From Candidatus Thalassarchaeaceae archaeon (GTDB lineage Archaea > Thermoplasmatota > Poseidoniia > Poseidoniales > Thalassarchaeaceae), in the NCBI GenBank assembly GCA_045568075.1, contig JBJLBP010000001.1, positions 870,001 through 902,000 of the forward strand: a stretch of 32,000 nt of DNA, in the 5' to 3' direction. This document shows positions 26,334 through 32,000 of the stretch, piece by piece. The position numbers and the translations under genes are program-made. The notes under the pieces were generated by a model that saw only the letters and a program-made list of their open reading frames with translations, did not search any database and was not told where the DNA came from. Within the stretch, counting starts at the first letter, position 1. Each line of letters opens with the position of its first letter.

Positions 26334-27910
26334 TGGTAGTCAAGAGTGCAACAAAGAAGAAACTCATGGATCTCGGTATTGCCGAGGAGTTTGCACATCG
26401 TCTAGCTGATGATCGCAAGTGGGACGACGTCAAGGTTCTGTCCGCTGGAGAGATCGCTCAGATTTGTGCTACTGACTCTGGTATGGCTCAGAAAATTACC
26501 GAAGTCATCCAAGGTTCGACCAAGGCTGCTCAGAAGGAGAAGAAAGCAGTGAAGACGATGATCCGTCGACGCGTGGCCTCCCGCCGTCGCAAGAAGAGCG
26601 TTCTACCACTGCAGGCTTACGATGCTGAGGACAAAATCCTTCAAATTCAGCGCGATTTGGATGTCGAAAATCCAATGTTCATCAGTTTGACCGAAGCAGC
26701 CGCTAAGGGTAATATCCGTATCACACCTAAGACCATTAACGACCTCGTCAACGGTCTGCTTTCTCGCGGAAAGAAGAAGCTGACTGCAGCTGAGGCCCGT
26801 AAGGTTGTCAACAGCGCCGAGGCAGACATGAAACTATCACGAGTTGACCCGCACGAAGCGGTTGGAATCACCACCGCTCAATCGATTGGTGAGCCTGGAA
26901 CTCAGATGACAATGCGTACTTTCCACTACGCTGGTGTAGCTACAGTCAACGTCACACAGGGACTGCCTCGTGTAATCGAAATTGTCGATGCTCGAAAGGT
27001 TCCGAAGACACCTACGATGAAGATCTTTCTTGAAGAGAACGACTCAAAGAAGAAGCCTTTGCGCACTGATGAAAAGAAGGTTCAGGCGATTGCTGCTGCT
27101 CTCGAAACCACCACTACTCGTGACATTGCTTCAATCGATGTTGACGTGGCCCAACGCCACCTCAACCTCGATCTAAATATCAAAAATCTACGCCTGAAGA
27201 AGATGACGGGCGCTGAGGTCCGCGACAAGCTACAGCGTGCTCTGCGATTGTTCATCCAAGCAGATGACGATAACCGACCGAAGGTACTCAAGATTATCCC
27301 GGGCGTTACCAAGGAAGAAGATCTAGCTGACCTCGCTAATGATCCACCAACTTACACTGCTCTTCTGCAACTCGAAGACAAGGTGAAGAAGCTGCGATTG
27401 AAGGGTCTTCCAGACATCGTTCGCGCAAACGTGCAAGGCCCGAACCGCGATACTGGTGAGTACTACATCTCAACCATTGGCTCGAATCTTTCAAAGGTCA
27501 GCATGTTTGCTGGAGTAGATCACGGTCGAACCTACACTAACAATGTCAACGAAATTTACGGATATCTTGGAGTCGAGGCAGCTCGACAGGCTATCATCAA
27601 CGAGATGTCGGATACTCTGGAAGGAGCCGGACTCGAAGTCGATGTCCGCCACCTCATCACTGTATCAGATGTCATGACCAGTGAGGGAGAAGTCCGAGCT
27701 ATCGGGCGCCACGGAGTCAGCGGAACCAAGCACAGTATTCTGGCCCGATCGGCTTTCGAAGTCACAGTCAATCACCTGCTTCGTGCTGGTGTGATTGGCG
27801 AGCGCGACCAACTACGTGGTGTCACAGAGAACATCATCGTGGGTCAACCAGTCGCTCTCGGAACTGGAAGCGTAGAACTGTACTATATCCCGGAAGAGGC
27901 TAAGGCTTGA
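26330..27910 (+). CDS. rpoA2: RNA polymerase subunit A'' (Rpo1C) with a ~110-aa N-terminal extension
   Basis: Core motifs [30 protein letters not shown] and [13 protein letters not shown], with a C-terminal [10 protein letters not shown]. The start is GTG 26330 or ATG 26333, overlapping the rpoA' stop. The N-terminus is paralogous to the rpoH N-terminus. Confidence 0.95.
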   Translation: MMVVKSATKKKLMDLGIAEEFAHRLADDRKWDDVKVLSAGEIAQICATDSGMAQKITEVIQGSTKAAQKEKKAVKTMIRRRVASRRRKKSVLPLQAYDAEDKILQIQRDLDVENPMFISLTEAAAKGNIRITPKTINDLVNGLLSRGKKKLTAAEARKVVNSAEADMKLSRVDPHEAVGITTAQSIGEPGTQMTMRTFHYAGVATVNVTQGLPRVIEIVDARKVPKTPTMKIFLEENDSKKKPLRTDEKKVQAIAAALETTTTRDIASIDVDVAQRHLNLDLNIKNLRLKKMTGAEVRDKLQRALRLFIQADDDNRPKVLKIIPGVTKEEDLADLANDPPTYTALLQLEDKVKKLRLKGLPDIVRANVQGPNRDTGEYYISTIGSNLSKVSMFAGVDHGRTYTNNVNEIYGYLGVEAARQAIINEMSDTLEGAGLEVDVRHLITVSDVMTSEGEVRAIGRHGVSGTKHSILARSAFEVTVNHLLRAGVIGERDQLRGVTENIIVGQPVALGTGSVELYYIPEEAKA

Positions 27911-27923
27911 AGGAGGAATTCAT

Positions 27924-28220
27924 ATGGATTTGGCAAGACAATTGAAGCAAGGAATCATTACCGGAACCGTTCTTTTTGGACAGCGACAGACTACCAGCGC
28001 GTGTACAAAGGGCGATGCCCGTCTCGTGCTGGTTGCAGCCAACTGCCCAGTAGACTACATCTCGAATCTGACAGCGAGCCACCCCGATGTACCAGTACAT
28101 CAAGTAACCATGGTCAATCGCCAACTCGGTGCTGCTTGCGCTAAACCATTCCCGGTCAGCGCACTATGCGTCATCGACCCAGGTCAGTCCGACTTGTTGA
28201 CACTCAGCTCAAACCTCTGA
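27924..28220 (+). CDS. rpl30e: Ribosomal protein L30e
   Basis: 98 aa with GDARLVLVAANCP, RQLGAACAKPFPVSALCVIDPGQSD. It sits in the canonical position downstream of rpoA''. Confidence 0.9.
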   Translation: MDLARQLKQGIITGTVLFGQRQTTSACTKGDARLVLVAANCPVDYISNLTASHPDVPVHQVTMVNRQLGAACAKPFPVSALCVIDPGQSDLLTLSSNL

Positions 28221-28306
28221 TTGGCGACTTGATACAACCCTCTCTTCGGGGCGGGTGAACAGCCTAGCAAGGGTGTTCTTCAAGGTGCAGACGACTACCA
28301 GAAGTC

Positions 28307-29260
28307 ATGGATGACACCGTCGGGGATCTGTTGAATCTCAGCGGTGTCAGATTGATTGAGGCATCAGGAATCACCGAGACCATTGGTTTCCGTTGTCTCG
28401 GCATTGCTGAGAGAATCCCAGACCTTGAGGAGGAATCCAGTGCCTCAGTCCACGTTTGGCATGTTCCTTCTACCCTGTTGCCGCTGAGTGTGGCTGAGGC
28501 TGAACGCTGGCTCGTCGATGCTCCAAGTGGCCCACATTGGATGCTTAGTGAGAGGGAATTCGAACCGGCTGCAAGTGAATTACTCAATTCCCGATTGAAA
28601 ATCGAATTGTGGGGCCCTGAGACTCTTAGCCGCTGGATTGGGGAGGCTGTTCTGCGAGGAGATTTACAGGTGATTATACCAACTAATTCACCAATCAGCG
28701 AGTTGGAGCAAGAATTGCCCGACTCTAGCCATTCCATCGACAGGGTTGTACTGTCACCAATTGTTGACCTCGATGAATGGCTGATACAGAGAGGGTTGGA
28801 ATTTGTAGAAGCAAATCCAGTTCTCATCGAGGCGAGGATTTGGAGGGTCGATGGAACATTGGTCAGCCCTGAAGGTGTGCGGGAGACTGGTTCTTGGCGC
28901 GTTCTTGAGGATCCTTGGGCAGGTCGTTTGGAATTACATGAAGAGGATGAAGTTCTGAGCAATGCGCCGAAACTCCGTCTCGTCGATGCAAATCCTGAAC
29001 TTTGGTTTGACGAGGATGATCTACGGGTAATGCTCGTTGGCATCCTCGAGACTCGCCGTCAGAAACAGGAGGAAGCCAAAACGGGTAGCACTGTTAGAAG
29101 TACCATGCTGGAACGCTGGGCTTTCGATTCATCTGAAGCTGAGTTGGAGATGATTCCTACTGCTATTCCTGCTTGGATTGTCGACCACGACCGTGGTCGA
29201 GAATTATTGCATTCAAGAAATGGTCGAACCTACGAAATCAATTCCGCTGTAGAGCCATGA
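28307..29260 (+). CDS. Acidic hypothetical protein (317 aa)
   Basis: A long ORF with an acidic, balanced composition like the other proteins here. The competing antisense ORF (28264-29043) is Ser/Arg-rich low complexity. I recognised no family motif. Confidence 0.55.
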   Translation: MDDTVGDLLNLSGVRLIEASGITETIGFRCLGIAERIPDLEEESSASVHVWHVPSTLLPLSVAEAERWLVDAPSGPHWMLSEREFEPAASELLNSRLKIELWGPETLSRWIGEAVLRGDLQVIIPTNSPISELEQELPDSSHSIDRVVLSPIVDLDEWLIQRGLEFVEANPVLIEARIWRVDGTLVSPEGVRETGSWRVLEDPWAGRLELHEEDEVLSNAPKLRLVDANPELWFDEDDLRVMLVGILETRRQKQEEAKTGSTVRSTMLERWAFDSSEAELEMIPTAIPAWIVDHDRGRELLHSRNGRTYEINSAVEP

Positions 29261-30119
29261 TTTCGTCGGTCGATAGAGTGTCACCAGACATCAGGCGTGT
29301 CATCAGGTCAGCAACCTCAACTTGCTCGTCCTCGCCTGCAACTCCCTTATCGCGAGCATCTATTGCCTTCAGTAGGTCTTGCATTGAGTGTATGCATCGA
29401 AGAGAGACAATGTAGCGACTGTGAAGAGAATCTGCTTCCCTCTTGGCACGAGTGACACCCGATTGTGCGGAATTGGCTTTTTCTCGAAGCCTATCGACCT
29501 CTTCTGAGAGTTCTGCCATGAGGTCGTGAGCCTCTTGAGCGTGGGATACAGCGCCCTTTACTTTCTTGTGAGCATCTTCCTGAGACTTTTCGGCATCTCG
29601 CAATTGGATCTTTAGATCGCGGATACCACCGTCAGATTTGCTTTCCTTAGCCTCTCGAAATTCTTGGGCAAGGCGTTTCATCTTCATATTGTATTCACGT
29701 TCTTTCTTTCCAAGAAAGCGCCCCTGTTCGTATAGGCGTTCTAGTCGTTCCATTTCTGTTCGGATTCGACTAGGTGAGCGAGTTTTCTCGGCACGATCTC
29801 TTTGCATTTTTTCCTCGCCTTGCTCTGCGATTTTCTCCCGGAAATCGGTTCGAATAACTCGTAGTTCATCGGTGCGTTCGGACCGAATGTCCTTGAGGTC
29901 ACGAACCTTCTGATTTTCTTCGTCCCGAATCGCTTTTTGATTTTGGACTTCTGTGATAAGTTCCTTGACTTGGCGATTCAGTTCGTTTCTCTCATCGAGG
30001 AGAGTGCGAACTTTCGCATTCCATTGATCACGCTCTTCGCGATTGTAGGTAATCTGCTCCTGAACATCATCGCAGCGAGGCTGCAGGAATCCGCGGATTT
30101 CCTGACTTTCCATCTGCAT
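29238..30119 (-). CDS. Archaeal coiled-coil protein, paralogue 1 (COG1340-like)
   Basis: The protein is almost entirely heptad-like and rich in charged residues. It has an internal MERLERLYEQGRFLGKKEREYNMKMKRL block, paired His-containing helices (AHKKV...HAQEAHDLM), and a C-terminal LMSGDTLSTDEIMALQ motif. The ATG at 30119 has AGGAG 9 nt upstream; alternative starts are 30182 and 30227. Confidence 0.7.
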   Translation of the reverse strand: MQMESQEIRGFLQPRCDDVQEQITYNREERDQWNAKVRTLLDERNELNRQVKELITEVQNQKAIRDEENQKVRDLKDIRSERTDELRVIRTDFREKIAEQGEEKMQRDRAEKTRSPSRIRTEMERLERLYEQGRFLGKKEREYNMKMKRLAQEFREAKESKSDGGIRDLKIQLRDAEKSQEDAHKKVKGAVSHAQEAHDLMAELSEEVDRLREKANSAQSGVTRAKREADSLHSRYIVSLRCIHSMQDLLKAIDARDKGVAGEDEQVEVADLMTRLMSGDTLSTDEIMALQRN

Positions 30120-30198
30120 ACAATCTTGCTCCTGTGGCTTTGCGTCCGACGTTTTCCATATAAGCGCATAGGAATTCTTCATTCGACCCAGAAATCGT

Positions 30199-31161
30199 TC
30201 ATTCTCTCTTACTTGCCGAGCTACCACGTCGTGGTCCGCCTCGAGTTACACCGAGTCTCCGCTTCCCTTTTTTGCCAGAACGACCGCGCTTTTGCGGTTC
30301 ATCTTGTGATTCTGTAGTCTTCGACTCACTGGCTATTCCCAATAGGCTGCCTGAGTCGAGTAGGGCGGTTAGTTCGTTGGTGTTCAGAGAACCGCCCGTA
30401 CTGGCTCGCTCTTTGACATCAGCGAGTCGGATTGGTCGGCCACGTCCGCCAGTGATTTTGAGGTAGGAACGGAGGCGACCGGCTTCTTTCCGCAGATCTT
30501 TTCGCTGTGATTTGATGGAGTCAAGGCGCTTATCGATACCATTGATTCGCCTGCTCATCTTACGGATTTCTCCCCGAGTCACCTTATCGGATTCGATATC
30601 AGTGCCTTCAGTGGCGCCATCTGCAGTTGCTTCCCGAGTCTTTCTTGTAGCGTCGAGTTTTGTGGTCACCTTTCGCAGGTCTTCGATTTGAGAAACATAC
30701 CGTGCGTGAGCCTCCTCGGCTTCGCGCTTACGAACGACTGCTGCTTGTAATTCGAAGAAGCGACGGAATGAGTCGAGTTCACGGTTGAGTGTTGGGACGG
30801 AGGTTAGGTCGTTATCGATGGTGGTGAGTTTGGTGTGAGTTTCATCCATCCACTCTTCAAGAACGGTTGCTGGAGGTGGAATCGATATGTTCACCTTATC
30901 GCGGAGATCTCTGTCTTTGTCGGCCTTTTTCTTGATCTCGTGGAAGCGACGGAGTAGTCCACGACGCTCTGAATCCGCTTCTTCGATTCCACCGACCGCG
31001 GTACGGAGGGATTTGACGAGGTCGACTTGTGATCGTCGATCGTGGCGTAGTGAGTTGAATTCATCCTCTAGTGAACGCAATTGCCGATTCAAATCTGCTG
31101 ATTTTTCCTCAATTTCGTCATGAGGTAGACCCTCAAGATCGTCGAAGAGTCCCTCGCTCAT
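30199..31161 (-). CDS. Archaeal coiled-coil protein, paralogue 2, with a basic C-terminal tail
   Basis: 320 aa with the same overall plan as paralogue 1. The C-terminal GGSLNTNELTALLDSG motif is followed by a basic tail, KRGRSGKKGKRRLGVTRGGPRRG. GGAGGTGA lies 8 nt upstream, and the ATG overlaps the upstream stop (ATGA). Confidence 0.75.
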   Translation of the reverse strand: MSEGLFDDLEGLPHDEIEEKSADLNRQLRSLEDEFNSLRHDRRSQVDLVKSLRTAVGGIEEADSERRGLLRRFHEIKKKADKDRDLRDKVNISIPPPATVLEEWMDETHTKLTTIDNDLTSVPTLNRELDSFRRFFELQAAVVRKREAEEAHARYVSQIEDLRKVTTKLDATRKTREATADGATEGTDIESDKVTRGEIRKMSRRINGIDKRLDSIKSQRKDLRKEAGRLRSYLKITGGRGRPIRLADVKERASTGGSLNTNELTALLDSGSLLGIASESKTTESQDEPQKRGRSGKKGKRRLGVTRGGPRRGSSASKRE

Positions 31162-32000
31162 TCTTCTTCACCTCCACGAGAAGGTGCGTCGGCCGCCTCA
31201 ACGGCCGGAGCAGTAGGTTCGGAGACAGATTCTACTGATTTCTTGCCTGAACCTACCTTAGCGGGTTGCTTTGATTTGTTTGACTTACCTTTGCGAGGGC
31301 TATTCTTTCCTTTCTTTTGATTATTCGGCTTCGTCTTTCGAGCAAAGGTTGAGTCTCCTCCTTCGGCAACCCGCTTCTTTGCGGCCAAGAGGTCAGTGAA
31401 ACCAAGTCCCAACTCTCCAAAGCCGTCCTTCAGACGGCGTTCCCAGTGACCGATTGCATCATCGGATTGAGCAAGAAGCTCCTTCGCTCTGTCTAGTACT
31501 CTACGAATTTCACGAATTTCAGCCTGCATCGCGACTTTCTTTTCATGCAGCGGTTGAGCTTTCTCAACTGCCTTGATCATGTCGCGATGTGACTTGTCAG
31601 CGGTCTTGAAGAGGTGGGACATTTCTCTTCGGGAATCGACATAATCGACCATTTCCGGGTTCATTTGACGCCTTTCCTTCAGCCACTTCTCATTTTGTTC
31701 GATGAGTTTCTTGCGGCGATCAATCATTTTTTTCTCAGCCTTATGGTCGAGAGCAGAGGTCTGGATGCTATCTTCGATATCATCCAGTTCTTCAAACAAC
31801 TTTTCTTTCTTCCAATCAGGGTCGAGACTCACCATTCCACCGGATTCAACGAGTGAGTCTCGGTGCCCACGCACCTTTGGAAGGAGTCCGTGGGCAACCT
31901 TTTGTGATGAATCTCTAGTACTCTTCAATTTGGCAACAATATCATTTGCTCGCTTGTGATTTTCGACCGCTCGATCTACCTTTGGAGCGAGGTTTTGTTC
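31158..32000 (-). CDS. Archaeal coiled-coil protein, paralogue 3 (5' end beyond the window), with a Lys-rich tail
   Basis: The reading frame stays open to the window edge; upstream of the TTG at 31928 it reads ...QNLAPKVDRAVENHKRANDIVAK. It has an internal LDDIEDSIQTSALDHKAEKKMIDRRKKL block like the paralogues, and a C-terminal tail KTKPNNQKKGKNSPRKGKSNKSKQ. Confidence 0.7.
   Translation of the reverse strand, partial: EQNLAPKVDRAVENHKRANDIVAKLKSTRDSSQKVAHGLLPKVRGHRDSLVESGGMVSLDPDWKKEKLFEELDDIEDSIQTSALDHKAEKKMIDRRKKLIEQNEKWLKERRQMNPEMVDYVDSRREMSHLFKTADKSHRDMIKAVEKAQPLHEKKVAMQAEIREIRRVLDRAKELLAQSDDAIGHWERRLKDGFGELGLGFTDLLAAKKRVAEGGDSTFARKTKPNNQKKGKNSPRKGKSNKSKQPAKVGSGKKSVESVSEPTAPAVEAADAPSRGGEEE

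Noticed and set aside
28264-29043. 259-aa minus-strand ORF antisense to the 317-aa hypothetical
   Set aside because: Its Ser/Arg/Thr-rich, low-complexity composition is typical of an antisense shadow frame of an acidic gene. The plus-strand ORF is longer and matches the composition of the other proteins here.

Overview
This window looks archaeal. It has the rpoH-rpoB-rpoA'-rpoA''-rpl30e block with an unsplit rpoB, plus aIF6, Pop5, an FtsZ homologue and a split methylmalonyl-CoA mutase. Genes commonly use GAGGTGA-type Shine-Dalgarno sites and the predicted proteins look acidic. A Thermoplasmatota / marine-group-II-like euryarchaeon fits best, but that is inference only. In order, the window holds: the 3' ~1.45 kb of 23S rRNA and a 5S rRNA; aIF6; threonine synthase; a biotin-dependent carboxyltransferase operon (PccB-like, a small coupled ORF, a biotin carrier, a small Cys/His protein) divergent from a methylmalonyl-CoA mutase B12 subunit, MeaB and a membrane protein; Ogt; a tightly packed 7-gene minus-strand Rieske/cytochrome b operon; a TPR protein; a divergent tail-less FtsZ homologue; Pop5; a methyltransferase-BirA fusion; tRNA-Lys(UUU); the RNA polymerase operon; and an acidic hypothetical converging on three tandem coiled-coil paralogues, the last of which runs off the window. 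The strongest candidate for something undescribed is the Rieske/cyt b operon. Its cytochrome b C-terminal domain is fused in one 929-aa protein to an extracytoplasmic domain and a cytoplasmic HdrD-like Fe-S/CCG module. A 2x[4Fe-4S] ferredoxin follows, and no CxxCH cytochrome is present. Other notable points are a shared HhH-like N-terminal module on both RpoH and RpoA'', a ~120-150-aa Cys4 insertion in RpoA', and the Mtq2-like::BirA fusion. I saw no CRISPR array, transposase or integrase. All calls come from reading the translations and motifs. No database or HMM search was run, and several start codons are uncertain.
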